From: an uncultured Spirochaetales bacterium
GTDB lineage: Bacteria; Spirochaetota; Spirochaetia; SPDA01; CAZSGZ01
Direction: 5' to 3'
Length of the DNA: 64,000 nucleotides
NCBI GenBank assembly: GCA_964458315.1
Contig: CAYWIK010000005.1
Location: forward strand, 4,122 to 68,121
The first letter of the stretch is position 1. Each line of letters starts with the position of its first letter. The translations under genes and the position numbers were made by a program. The notes beneath the pieces are model-generated. The model was not told the DNA's origin. It saw only the letters and a list, made by a program, of their open reading frames with translations, and did not search any database. Of the stretch, positions 38,891 to 48,217 are shown one piece after another.

Positions 38891-39575
38891 GTAATTTCCG
38901 GAGGTCGAAGAAACGGGGGGAGTACTCGGCTTCTAAAAAGGTTCGGGCAAGATCAAAGACGGGTATATGGAGTCTGGAAATGATGCCCGAGTCGGATGTA
39001 ACGGCGAACCCGGCGGTCTGCTGCTTTAAAAGGTAGTCCGCCGATTTTACCAGTTCTATTTCGAGCCGGATTCCGAGCATTTTTCCGATCTCCCTGAGCC
39101 TCTCCGCGTGCCGGCCGCTTTTCGAAACCGGGGCGTCGAGATAGATCAGGAAAAGCGTCTGCAGCCGTGCCCCGCACCACCGAAGAAGCCCTTCCGCTAC
39201 GTCGAAGAGCAGCTTTTCCTGCTGAATTCTCCCGTGGTTCCCCCCGACGTCCCGTAAAAACCCGTCGTTGGCGATGAACATCGGTTTTCCGAGGCGGTAG
39301 TGGAGGCAGGTAAGAAGAAGATTGTACCCGTCGATATGGAGGGCAGATGTACCGGCACGAGGAGGCGCCGGCTCCGCAAGCCTCGCATAGTTTTTTTCCG
39401 CTTCTTCCCGTTTCAATACGCCCCGATAGAGGACCTTCCGGAGTTCCGACGGAAGGCGGTAGCGGTTTCCCACCAGTTCATTCACCGGTTTTTCGGGGTA
39501 CCCCTTGTTAAGAAGAAAGGAGTAATCCCCGGCCGCTGAGATAAATTGTATCTGTTGGTTTTCATTTGCAAACAT
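38865..39575 (-). CDS. DUF434 family protein (NYN/PIN-like)
   Basis: DYSFLLNKGYP, LVGNRYRL, IDGYN, DGFLRDV, LDAPVSKSG, DSGII. Confidence 0.85.
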   Translation of the reverse strand: MFANENQQIQFISAAGDYSFLLNKGYPEKPVNELVGNRYRLPSELRKVLYRGVLKREEAEKNYARLAEPAPPRAGTSALHIDGYNLLLTCLHYRLGKPMFIANDGFLRDVGGNHGRIQQEKLLFDVAEGLLRWCGARLQTLFLIYLDAPVSKSGRHAERLREIGKMLGIRLEIELVKSADYLLKQQTAGFAVTSDSGIISRLHIPVFDLARTFLEAEYSPRFFDLRKLLDPEKEKA

Positions 39576-41334
39576 GCAGACTCGGTGAAATCCGTATTGT
39601 CCATCGGACTCCATGACCGCATGACAAGTCGATGCTGCCCTTCAGTTGAGAAACCAGGGCGTCTACGAGCTTGAGCCCGAGAGACCTGTTGTTTCCCGTT
39701 CCCGCACTTTGGAAGGCCGCCGGATCCATCCCTTTTCCGTTGTCCCGCACTTCGAGGACCGTTTCCGCATCCGAGTCCGAAAGCCTGACCTCGATTTTCC
39801 CTGTGGTATTCAATGGGAATCCGTGCTTGATACTGTTGGAAACGAGTTCGGTGATGATGAGTCCGCAGGGCACCGCGGTATCGATGTCTATGCTGATTGG
39901 ATCGATGTAAAAATCCATCTTCAATTTTCGTGCATTCGCGTTGTAGGAGTCGAATATTGCCTCGCAGAGGGACGGAATATAATCGGCTGCTTCGATCCGG
40001 GCAATCGTGTCGGATTGATAGAGGTGATCATGAATCAAAGCCATTGAGGTTATGCGGTTTTCGCAGGTGATGAAGATATCGAGATCTTCCTCGGAATTGA
40101 TGGTCGAATGCTGAAGGCGGATCATGCTCGAAATAATCTGGAGATTGTTCTTGACACGGTGATGGATCTCCCTAAGGAGGATCTCCTTCTCCTCGAGGTT
40201 TTGCTTTATGGTTTTCTCGTCACGTATTTTCTCGGTTGTGTCGGTACCGATGCAGATAATACTGGTAAGCCGGCCTTCGTTGTCGTACAGCGGAGCGTTT
40301 GTCCAAGCCACCCATATCCGGGTACCGTCCTTCTTTGTGTTCTGGTTAATATTGTTGGCATAATCCTCGGGGTTCTCGATGAGTTTTTTAAGAAACGCTT
40401 TGGTCTCAGCATATTCGTTTTGATTGCGCGGTTTATTGATTGTTTCGATTCCCCTTTTCCCCACGATTTCTTCCGCCGGGTAGCCGAACAGCTCTTCTCC
40501 GAATCTGTTGATAAAGGTGATGGTCCCGTCCATATTGTACTTTATAATCGCGCTGTTTGCATGTGAAACAATGGTGCGGTATTCCCTCTCACTCTCCTCG
40601 AGGGCCTGTTGAAACCGTTTCCGTTCGGTAATGTCTCTGGTGGTTCCGCGGATGCCGAGGTATACTCCCGAATCGTCATATACCTTTTGTGAGATCGATT
40701 CCATCCACCGTACTTCTCCCTGTTTTGTAGTGATCCGGTATCGGTGGGTAATCGGTTCGTTGGTCTCTTTTGTCTTCTTATGAAAACGGTTGATATACCC
40801 CTCTCTATCGTCAGGATGAATCATCTTTAGATAAAAGTCCTGTTCTCCCTCGAGGAATACCTCGGCAGGATAGCCGGTAATCCGCTCCGCAGAGGGAGAC
40901 TGATAGATGAGATTCCCCTTTGTGTCGTACCAGTATTCGGAATCGTAGGTGTATTCGGTAATTGCCCTGTAGTGGGCATCCCGCTCCGCATTTTTTTTAA
41001 GCGCCCATCTGAGGTATGCGGAGATGAAGATTAAGAGGGCAACAATGATCATACCGGCCGTTGGATAGAGGTCGGCGGCGGTGATGCTTGGGTCGGTCGC
41101 CGGACGGAGAAGAAAGTAGGTCCCGGTCATGAGAACGGCGGTACTGATAATCCCGGTGACGAGGCCGTGGAGAAGGGTTATCGTCACAACCGGGATGAAG
41201 ATGAATAAATATTCACCGTTATGAAATACACCGGAGGTGAGAAAAAACAAGGCTGTAAACAGACAGACGGCGCCGAGAGAATAGAGCACTCTCCTGGGCA
41301 GCGGACTTTTTAAATTTGGTATCACCACACTCAT
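39562..41334 (-). CDS. Membrane PAS-PAS sensor histidine kinase (HisKA_2/HWE type), orphan; real start may be GTG 41325
   Basis: About 4 TM, two PAS domains, LLREIHHRVKNNLQ, ELVSNSIKH, DNGKG; promoter TTGATT-N17-TAAAAT (41361-41333) overlaps the ATG. Confidence 0.92.
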   Translation of the reverse strand: MSVVIPNLKSPLPRRVLYSLGAVCLFTALFFLTSGVFHNGEYLFIFIPVVTITLLHGLVTGIISTAVLMTGTYFLLRPATDPSITAADLYPTAGMIIVALLIFISAYLRWALKKNAERDAHYRAITEYTYDSEYWYDTKGNLIYQSPSAERITGYPAEVFLEGEQDFYLKMIHPDDREGYINRFHKKTKETNEPITHRYRITTKQGEVRWMESISQKVYDDSGVYLGIRGTTRDITERKRFQQALEESEREYRTIVSHANSAIIKYNMDGTITFINRFGEELFGYPAEEIVGKRGIETINKPRNQNEYAETKAFLKKLIENPEDYANNINQNTKKDGTRIWVAWTNAPLYDNEGRLTSIICIGTDTTEKIRDEKTIKQNLEEKEILLREIHHRVKNNLQIISSMIRLQHSTINSEEDLDIFITCENRITSMALIHDHLYQSDTIARIEAADYIPSLCEAIFDSYNANARKLKMDFYIDPISIDIDTAVPCGLIITELVSNSIKHGFPLNTTGKIEVRLSDSDAETVLEVRDNGKGMDPAAFQSAGTGNNRSLGLKLVDALVSQLKGSIDLSCGHGVRWTIRISPSLHVCK

Positions 41335-41357
41335 TTTATAACGGGTTTTTTAACGAA

Positions 41358-42611
41358 TCAATGGGAGTATCGCTTTACTTCTTCGGCAATGATTTCGATT
41401 CCTCTTCGGACGTCCTCATCGTTCTGGGAATAGTTGATTCGAATACACTGATCGCTGTGTTTCAGGTAAGGCCCGGAATACCCGTAGAAAAAGTGTTTTC
41501 CCGGGATAATCAGCACCCGGTGCCGTTTTAAGACAGAGTAGAGTTCCGTCGTCGGAATAGAGAGATTTTTAAACCAAAGCCAGAGAAAGATGGCCCCCTC
41601 GCTCCGGTGGAGCGCATAGTCCTGTCCCGCCATTGTCTCGTGCACCCATTCCTGCGCCCGCTGCGACTTGGCCCGGTAAAACGGTTTGATTAGATCCCGG
41701 CTTAAGGCAATGATCTCTCCCGACCGGATGAACGGTTCGGTCAAGACCTGTCCCAAGCTTCCGGAGGCGAGGCTTACGACCGCATTGAACGCGGAAAGGG
41801 CGTCGATAATCTCTTCGTTGGCGATAATGATCCCCGTCCGGGTGGACGGAAGGCCGAGTTTTGAAAGGCTCATGGAATAGATGATATGGTCGTCCCAATA
41901 CGGCTCCGCATCGACGAAAAGGATGTTGGGAAAGGGCGTTCCGTAGGCGTTGTCGATGAGGAGGGGGATGTTCCGTTTTTTGGCGAGGGTGCTCAGTTTT
42001 GCAATTTCCCCGTCGGTGAGCACATTTCCGGAAGGGTTTGTCGGTCTTGAAACGCAGACCGCCGCTGTGTCGTCGTCTATTTCGATTCGTTCAAAATCGA
42101 CCCGGTATTTGAATGTGTGGTCGTCGTACTCTTCGATACGGGCCGGTACCGCCCGAATACAGTCCTCTGCGATAAACTGATCGGAATATCCGACGTATTC
42201 CGGAAGGAGGGGAAAGAGTATTTTACGGCAGTCCCCGCATGAATCCGTCCCTGCAAACATGTTGAAGAGCATCATAAAGGCGGTTTGACTGCTGTTGGTG
42301 ACGGCAACGTTCTTCTCGGTGATCTTCCAGTCGTATTCGCGCCGGAAAAAGTCAGCCGCCGCTTCGAGAAAGGATTTCCGTCCTCTAGGCGAATCGTAGG
42401 AGGTAACCATTTTTTCGAAGGAATCGCCGTCGGCAAGGATTTCCTCCATCCTTCTCCGCCACAAGCGGTTTATTTCCGGAATCGCCGCCGGATTTCCGCC
42501 TCCGAGCATATAGTAATGCTCTTTTGAAGAGACCGCCGTGCCGAGATCATCCATCAGTTCGAGTATACCGGTGTTTTTTGTCAGTTTTTTTCCAAGATTC
42601 GAGAGCTTCAT
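41358..42611 (-). CDS. avtA: Valine-pyruvate (alanine-valine) aminotransferase
   Basis: GILELMDDL, MLGGGNPA, SRPTNPSGN, DNAYG, SLSKLGLPSTRTGI; AGGAGG SD. Confidence 0.88.
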   Translation of the reverse strand: MKLSNLGKKLTKNTGILELMDDLGTAVSSKEHYYMLGGGNPAAIPEINRLWRRRMEEILADGDSFEKMVTSYDSPRGRKSFLEAAADFFRREYDWKITEKNVAVTNSSQTAFMMLFNMFAGTDSCGDCRKILFPLLPEYVGYSDQFIAEDCIRAVPARIEEYDDHTFKYRVDFERIEIDDDTAAVCVSRPTNPSGNVLTDGEIAKLSTLAKKRNIPLLIDNAYGTPFPNILFVDAEPYWDDHIIYSMSLSKLGLPSTRTGIIIANEEIIDALSAFNAVVSLASGSLGQVLTEPFIRSGEIIALSRDLIKPFYRAKSQRAQEWVHETMAGQDYALHRSEGAIFLWLWFKNLSIPTTELYSVLKRHRVLIIPGKHFFYGYSGPYLKHSDQCIRINYSQNDEDVRRGIEIIAEEVKRYSH

Positions 42612-42634
42612 GGCACTCCTCCTGTTGCTGTTTT

Positions 42635-42721
42635 TTACATATGAATCATTGCTTTGATAACGCTGTCTTTGTACCCGTCTACCAGTTCGAAAGCATACTG
42701 GACTTCCGCCGCCTTCATCAT
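42635..42721 (-). pseudogene. 28-codon ORF resembling the extreme C-terminus of a Zn-dependent (MDR) dehydrogenase
   Basis: Hand-translated MMKAAEVQYAFELVDGYKDSVIKAMIHM*; GGAGG upstream; ATG overlaps the stop of the FAD oxidoreductase. Confidence 0.5.
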
Positions 42722-44397
42722 TTCCGCTCCTCCTTCATATCTTCGGTGAACAGTACCCCCGGGCTGAAGAGCCCCTGCGGGTCCAGGGCCGCCTTTATTG
42801 CATGCATCTCTTCGAGCTCTTCCGGGGTGAACTGCAGGTGCATAAACTTCCGTTTAAGCCGCCCGATGCCGTGTTCGGCGCTGACGCTTCCGCCCCGTTC
42901 AACCACGGACCGGGCGAACTGTCCGTACAGCTTCCAGGCGGATTCCTGTTCTTTTAGGTTCTTCGGCAGGATATTAACGTGGAGATGCCCGTTCCCGATG
43001 TGCCCGAACATGCAGTATTCCAGCCCTGCACCCTCGAGTACCCGGCGGTATTCCGCAAGCTGTTCCGGGAAGGCATGATCGGGTACCGACATATCGGTGC
43101 CGATTTTTGTAAGTTCCGGTATCGAATTTTTGCGCATGCCGATAATGGAATTGATCCGCTCCGGGAGGGCGTGACGGAATTTTTTCATCGCCGTGAGATC
43201 GTGGTGGGAAAATCCGGCCCAGGTGTACTCCGCCGGTATTCCCTTTTCTTCAAGGATTTTTTGGATTTCCGATGAAATTGTAAGGAACTGTTCCTGTCGT
43301 TCGAAACCGATTTCCACATACAGAACCGCTCGGGCCGGTTCCGGAAGCTGCGGTACCCCGCTTGCCTCCCCCTGTTCCCTGCGGAATTCCTTCAAGAGGC
43401 TTAATGAATTTTCATCCATGTACTCAACAGCTGCGGGAGAAAAGCTTTCGGCGTTTTTAAGGCGCCGTACCGTTTCCTCCGGCGTATCTTCCGGGAGAAA
43501 TATGCAGAGATAGAGGGTTTTGGCGGGAGGGGAGATACATTTGAGCTCGAGCTCGGTAATGATGCCGAGACTCCCTTCGCTTCCGATAAAGAGGTCGACC
43601 GGTTCTGCGAATTCGGTCAGGTAATAACCGGCAGCGTGTTTCGTCGGAGGGATTGCGACCGGGCGGAAGGAAACCGTTTTTGATACGGGAGCGGGAAGCT
43701 CAATGGACCTCAGGGCCGTTTTGCTGTTGTTTTCCGCCCCGCCGCCGGTACCGATTTCTTCGGCGGCCCGGGTTTCGGGTTCCCTTTTTAGCTTGACGAC
43801 CTTTCCGTCTGCAAGAACCGCCGTCAGGCCGAGTACCCAGTCCCGCATCGGGCCGTACAAGAGGGTGCGGGCACCCGAAGCATTGGTAGCCGCCATGCCG
43901 CCGAGGGTGGCCGTGGTTTCCGTCGGATCGACGGGGAAAAAGAGCTCCCCTTCCGGCGGCTTCGCTTTTTCAGTCAGCTTGCCTTTATCGGACCCTTTGC
44001 CGCAGATAGAACCGAGGACCGGAAACCGTTTCTGCCTGAGGGTTTCCAGAAGCTCCTGTAAGGTGACCCCGGCGCCCACATGGAGGGCCCAGCATCCGAA
44101 CTCATCGTCGTACCGCAATCCGAAGACGGATTTCAGTGCCTCGATGGAAAGGAGGGCGCCGGCCTTTTGCGGCACCGCGCCGCCGACGATCCCCGTCCTG
44201 CCGCCGGAGACGGTAATCGGCAGCCCGTCGGCGGCGCACTCCGCGACTGCTTCCGCGACTTCACGGGTCGAGGCGGTAAGGTAGAGGCGTTTTGGAACTT
44301 CCGGGTCGAGTTTCGATTCGTCGAGCAGAATCTGGCGGTAGCTTTCTTCGATTTTTTTCTTATCCGTAATAACTTTTCCTGAATATGCCTTTTTCAT
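42718..44397 (-). CDS. FAD-binding oxidoreductase, D-lactate/glycolate (GlcD/LctD) family
   Basis: SGGRTGIVGGAVP, PVDPTE, GGMAATNASG, FIGSEGSLG, FGHIGNGHLHVN, SAEHGIG. Confidence 0.9.
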   Translation of the reverse strand: MKKAYSGKVITDKKKIEESYRQILLDESKLDPEVPKRLYLTASTREVAEAVAECAADGLPITVSGGRTGIVGGAVPQKAGALLSIEALKSVFGLRYDDEFGCWALHVGAGVTLQELLETLRQKRFPVLGSICGKGSDKGKLTEKAKPPEGELFFPVDPTETTATLGGMAATNASGARTLLYGPMRDWVLGLTAVLADGKVVKLKREPETRAAEEIGTGGGAENNSKTALRSIELPAPVSKTVSFRPVAIPPTKHAAGYYLTEFAEPVDLFIGSEGSLGIITELELKCISPPAKTLYLCIFLPEDTPEETVRRLKNAESFSPAAVEYMDENSLSLLKEFRREQGEASGVPQLPEPARAVLYVEIGFERQEQFLTISSEIQKILEEKGIPAEYTWAGFSHHDLTAMKKFRHALPERINSIIGMRKNSIPELTKIGTDMSVPDHAFPEQLAEYRRVLEGAGLEYCMFGHIGNGHLHVNILPKNLKEQESAWKLYGQFARSVVERGGSVSAEHGIGRLKRKFMHLQFTPEELEEMHAIKAALDPQGLFSPGVLFTEDMKEERK

Positions 44398-44409
44398 GGA
44401 TCTACCTTA

Positions 44410-46293
44410 TTAATATCCATCCTTCCCGTGGAGCTCCATCAAATTGCGCAGCAGGACCGAGTAGTCGGCCGCAAACCCGTAATCCGCCGCCTTGAAAATC
44501 GGCGCGTCCGGGTCCTTGTTGACCGCGATGACCGTTTCGGCATCGTGCATTCCTACCAGATGCTGCACCGCGCCCGAAATCCCGCAGGCGAAATAGACCG
44601 CCGGCTGGACCGTTTTCCCGGTCTGGCCGACCTGTTGGGGATAAGGAATCCAGCCGGCTTCAACGGCGCTTCTCGAAGCGCCGACTGCGCCGCCTACCAT
44701 GGCGGCGAACCGTTCGAGCAGCTCGAAGCCGGCTCTACCCCCCAGGCCCCGGCCGCCGGAGATGATGATTCGGGCATTTGCAATGTCCGATTTTCCGCGG
44801 ATTGTCCGTTTTCGTTCGAGGACCCTGACCGGCGGGGCCGTTCCCCCGCGGCCGGCCGAAGCGCAGGGAGTGACCGAAGCGCGCGGTTTGGCGTTTCCGG
44901 CGGCCCCGTCTTCGATCGGCTTCAGCACATGAGGGCGGGCGGTCGCCATTTGGGGCCGCCGGTCCGGACAGGTAATGGTTGCCATGATATTTCCCCCAAA
45001 GGCCGGCCGCGTCTGGAGGAGAAGACCGGTTTTATCGTCGATATCGAAACGGGTACAATCGGCAGTAAGTCCGGTCTCGAGCCGGGAGGCTACGAGGGGC
45101 ATATAAGCCCTGCCTCCTAATGTTGCGGGCCCGAGGACAAACGCCGGATCGATTTCTCTTAGAGCTTCCGCTAACACCTCTGCGAGAACGTTTACTTCAC
45201 CGGCGAACTCCGGTTCTATTTCGGCATAGCAGACCGTGCTTACACCCGGAAATGCGGCGGATTGGAGGACCTCCCGTAAGTGCGGTCCGGCAAAGAGAAG
45301 GGTAACCGCGGTCCCTGCTTTCTCAGATAGCCTTCGGGTTTCTCCCAGCAGTTCGAAGGTTACGGAGCGGATGCTCTTTTCTTCAGGGTCGATCTCTCCG
45401 ATAACCGCTGCTTTGCGGTGTTGAGATTCGTCGGATACAGCTGCATCGGGACCCGGTGCGGCCGGGGAAGCAGCGGCTGCAGGTGAATCGTTGGCCCTAG
45501 CCCGCGGACGGTCCGTTTCTTTTTTTCTCAGCAATTCGAGGACCATGCGCAGGTCTTCTTCCCGGTCCGGATCAAGAAACCGGACCTTTTTGTCGTGGGA
45601 CACTGGAACGATTTTTTTTACCCTCGTGGGGGAACCGGACAGTCCGACGCCGCCCTTTTGGAAACCAAGTTCTTGGTTGGTAAAAAAAGAAAGTTCCTCG
45701 GCAAACGCCTTCTCCCATCCCGGAAGGGTTATGAGCCGGGGCGTATTAATGTCTTTGACCACCGCGCATACCGCGGGAAGAGAAGCTTCAAGAATAAAAT
45801 GACCGGTATCGGTCATCGATTCAACCTGCAGTGTGCTCCTTTCCGTTTTGTTGATTTTAAAAACATAGGGAAGAAAGGGTATTCCGAGACGGACCGCCAG
45901 CTCCGCGGGAACTTGGGCCGTATCTCCGTCGATCGCTTGCTTTCCGCACAAAATTATATCCGGATCGCCGATTTTTCGCACAGCCTCGGCAAGTGTCACT
46001 GCCGTGGCCCATGTATCCGCGCCTGCAAACATCTTGTCCGAACAGAGAAAACCGCGGTCCGCACCCATTGCCAGTGCTTCGCGCAGAGAATGTTCGACTT
46101 GTTTCGGGCCCATGGAGAGGACCGATACCTCCCCGCCATACCGTTCCCGAAGGCGAATTCCTTCTTCTACAGCGTTACAGTCGAGAGGATTGATTATGCT
46201 TTCCACCCCTTCCCGATTCAGGGTCCCTGTTTCCGGGTCCACCGTGAGTTCCGCCGTATCCGGCACTTGTTTTATACAAACGATAATCTTCAT
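44410..46293 (-). CDS. Fused electron transfer flavoprotein beta-alpha (EtfB-EtfA)
   Basis: N-half KQVPD, GKQAIDGDTAQV, PRLITL; Ala/Pro linker; C-half GLTADCT, RPAFGGN, RPQMAT, SGGRG, QVGQTG, GISGAVQH, INKD-like VNKDPDAPIF. Confidence 0.93.
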   Translation of the reverse strand: MKIIVCIKQVPDTAELTVDPETGTLNREGVESIINPLDCNAVEEGIRLRERYGGEVSVLSMGPKQVEHSLREALAMGADRGFLCSDKMFAGADTWATAVTLAEAVRKIGDPDIILCGKQAIDGDTAQVPAELAVRLGIPFLPYVFKINKTERSTLQVESMTDTGHFILEASLPAVCAVVKDINTPRLITLPGWEKAFAEELSFFTNQELGFQKGGVGLSGSPTRVKKIVPVSHDKKVRFLDPDREEDLRMVLELLRKKETDRPRARANDSPAAAASPAAPGPDAAVSDESQHRKAAVIGEIDPEEKSIRSVTFELLGETRRLSEKAGTAVTLLFAGPHLREVLQSAAFPGVSTVCYAEIEPEFAGEVNVLAEVLAEALREIDPAFVLGPATLGGRAYMPLVASRLETGLTADCTRFDIDDKTGLLLQTRPAFGGNIMATITCPDRRPQMATARPHVLKPIEDGAAGNAKPRASVTPCASAGRGGTAPPVRVLERKRTIRGKSDIANARIIISGGRGLGGRAGFELLERFAAMVGGAVGASRSAVEAGWIPYPQQVGQTGKTVQPAVYFACGISGAVQHLVGMHDAETVIAVNKDPDAPIFKAADYGFAADYSVLLRNLMELHGKDGY

Positions 46294-48128
46294 GCAAAAA
46301 CCAACGGCCCGAGGAGATAGTAATCGAAAGACGCGGGGAGCTTTGCATATACGAAAGGTCGTTTAATGCTTTTCTTGAGCACATCCTTTACATGAGGAAC
46401 GAGGCCGGGTTCATCCAGCCCCTCAGTATAGAGTTTCACTGCCTCTTGCCTCCTTTCGAGAAGGTCTAAAGCCCTCCCTTCCCAGAGAAAAAGGAGGGAA
46501 TGCAGCACCGGCGGGAACGCATCATTTTTTTTCAAGTTTTTAAAAATTTTCAGGGCAGTTTCGAATTCCCGGTTTTTTAAATATAAAATCCCAAGGATGT
46601 AGCGGTATGGAGGATCATCGTACAGGCCGACCGCTCTGCGCATGGAAGCCAAAGAGGAAGAGAGCTTGCCGATCTTCAAATATTCCTGTGAAAACATCGC
46701 ATGCCGGAGGGAGGCTTTCATATCCTCCGTAACTGCGGTATACGGTGTATTGTGGAAAACCGGCCGGTTCGACCTTACGTATGACGGAAGCCGTTCGACT
46801 GAGACAGCGCTGCTGCTGTCTTTAGGAAAATTAAAACCGATATAACGATTGTAGCAGACTGCCGGAGGTTTCCCGCCGGCCACCCAAAAATGCATGGTCT
46901 CCGGTTCGAATACTACACTGGTAAGGGTAATCGGCTGGGCGGGAAAAACGCCGAGAAGTCGTAATTCTTCCGCGGCGGCGGAATAATTGCATGAAATTAT
47001 ATCGATCATCCGCTGTACCGTTAGAGAGCCGTAATTTTCCTCGAGAGCATCTTTGATTATACGATATCTTCCAATTGTGTTCTCCTGCAGGAGAGGGAAT
47101 TCGATTTCATCTTTTTTGAGTCTCGGATTATGGTAATGATTGGTCTGTACCATTATATCAAACTCATCTTCCATCCTGCGGATGACACAACGTTTTGAAT
47201 CATTTTCCACGGAAACCGCCCCGGCTTTATCCGCGAAAAGGACGGCATGGGGAGTTCCACAGGTCAGTTTCTCATTCCTGATTAAATGTTCAATACCTTC
47301 GATCGATTCCGTGCGCGTAAGAAGGTAGTGGTTGAAATCGAGGGAGAGCATGCCCTTTTTTGCTACATTTTTCGAGAGGTATACAAACATACTCATGACC
47401 GTTCCAAAGGAACTCATCCCGGTCAAGCCGTTCCCGGGAAATCCTGCCGCGGAAATATATACATAAGGCGCTTTTTTCCGCTTTTCCCAATGAAAAGAGC
47501 CGTTTTCTCCTCGAACATACATTTCTATTTCTTCGGTGGGATAAGAGTAGATAACCGTTGGATATTTCCAGGCAAATACCCCGGGGAAATCCATATTTCG
47601 GGCAAACATGGCCTTAGCTCCCGCTTTCAGCGCGCTCTTTCGCGCATAGGCCCCGCTGCACCCGCCGAGATAATAGTTTCCAAGGGTTTCCTTACCGCCT
47701 TGCAGAAACCCGGCGGCAAGGATTTCCATAAGATCGGGAGAAACTACACCGCGTACCGCTTGTCCTCGATCCAGTTCAAGGGCATCCGAAATTCCGTACA
47801 GCTCATCCTTTGTTTCTTCGAGCATCATTTTTTCGAGAGGCGTGTAGTACAGATGGTCGAGGATATCTGCAAGAAGATGTTTCAGTCCGCCGGGAATCTT
47901 TTTTGCAAAGTCGGAGCTGTAATAGAGAGATTTCAGAAAGGAACCGTAATACCGGTTTATTCCGGAGTCTATGATTTTTCCTTTTAAAAGCTCCGCGTGG
48001 GCAAGTCCGCGTTCGTACGGATTTCCATAGAGATAGAGTACATTGATTCCTCCCTTTTCCCAAAGTTCGGAACCGCTCGGCCCGTGTTTTTTAATAAATT
48101 TATAGCCCGCAAGTTTTTCCAAAGCCAA
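46290..48128 (-). CDS. Peptidase C45-like Ntn hydrolase/acyltransferase with C-terminal TPR
   Basis: GxPYERGxAH, predicted nucleophile GGC-SG, ARNMDF, QTNHY; TPR-like C-terminal helices; GGAG SD before TTG. Confidence 0.75.
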   Translation of the reverse strand: MALEKLAGYKFIKKHGPSGSELWEKGGINVLYLYGNPYERGLAHAELLKGKIIDSGINRYYGSFLKSLYYSSDFAKKIPGGLKHLLADILDHLYYTPLEKMMLEETKDELYGISDALELDRGQAVRGVVSPDLMEILAAGFLQGGKETLGNYYLGGCSGAYARKSALKAGAKAMFARNMDFPGVFAWKYPTVIYSYPTEEIEMYVRGENGSFHWEKRKKAPYVYISAAGFPGNGLTGMSSFGTVMSMFVYLSKNVAKKGMLSLDFNHYLLTRTESIEGIEHLIRNEKLTCGTPHAVLFADKAGAVSVENDSKRCVIRRMEDEFDIMVQTNHYHNPRLKKDEIEFPLLQENTIGRYRIIKDALEENYGSLTVQRMIDIISCNYSAAAEELRLLGVFPAQPITLTSVVFEPETMHFWVAGGKPPAVCYNRYIGFNFPKDSSSAVSVERLPSYVRSNRPVFHNTPYTAVTEDMKASLRHAMFSQEYLKIGKLSSSLASMRRAVGLYDDPPYRYILGILYLKNREFETALKIFKNLKKNDAFPPVLHSLLFLWEGRALDLLERRQEAVKLYTEGLDEPGLVPHVKDVLKKSIKRPFVYAKLPASFDYYLLGPLVFA

Positions 48129-48217
48129 AACCGCACTCCAATACGTATAACAAAACTAATGAAATGAAATAGAAGAAGCAAGTGGTATTATTTTCCATCG
48201 TTGGCGGCAGATGACTA

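Noticed and set aside
42611-42628. TGGCAC...TTGC resembling a sigma54 -24/-12 promoter
   Set aside because: The spacing is 8 nt instead of 5, and it is simply the reverse complement of the avtA SD and start.
42718-44397. Alkyl-DHAP synthase (ether lipid) assignment for the FAD enzyme
   Set aside because: It has the GH.G.G.LH / AEHG.G metal-binding motifs of 2-hydroxy-acid dehydrogenases rather than the HHHG motif, and it is paired with an ETF.
46290-48128. Beta-lactam biosynthesis suggested by the C45 family name
   Set aside because: No NRPS or IPNS genes; the family is broad.
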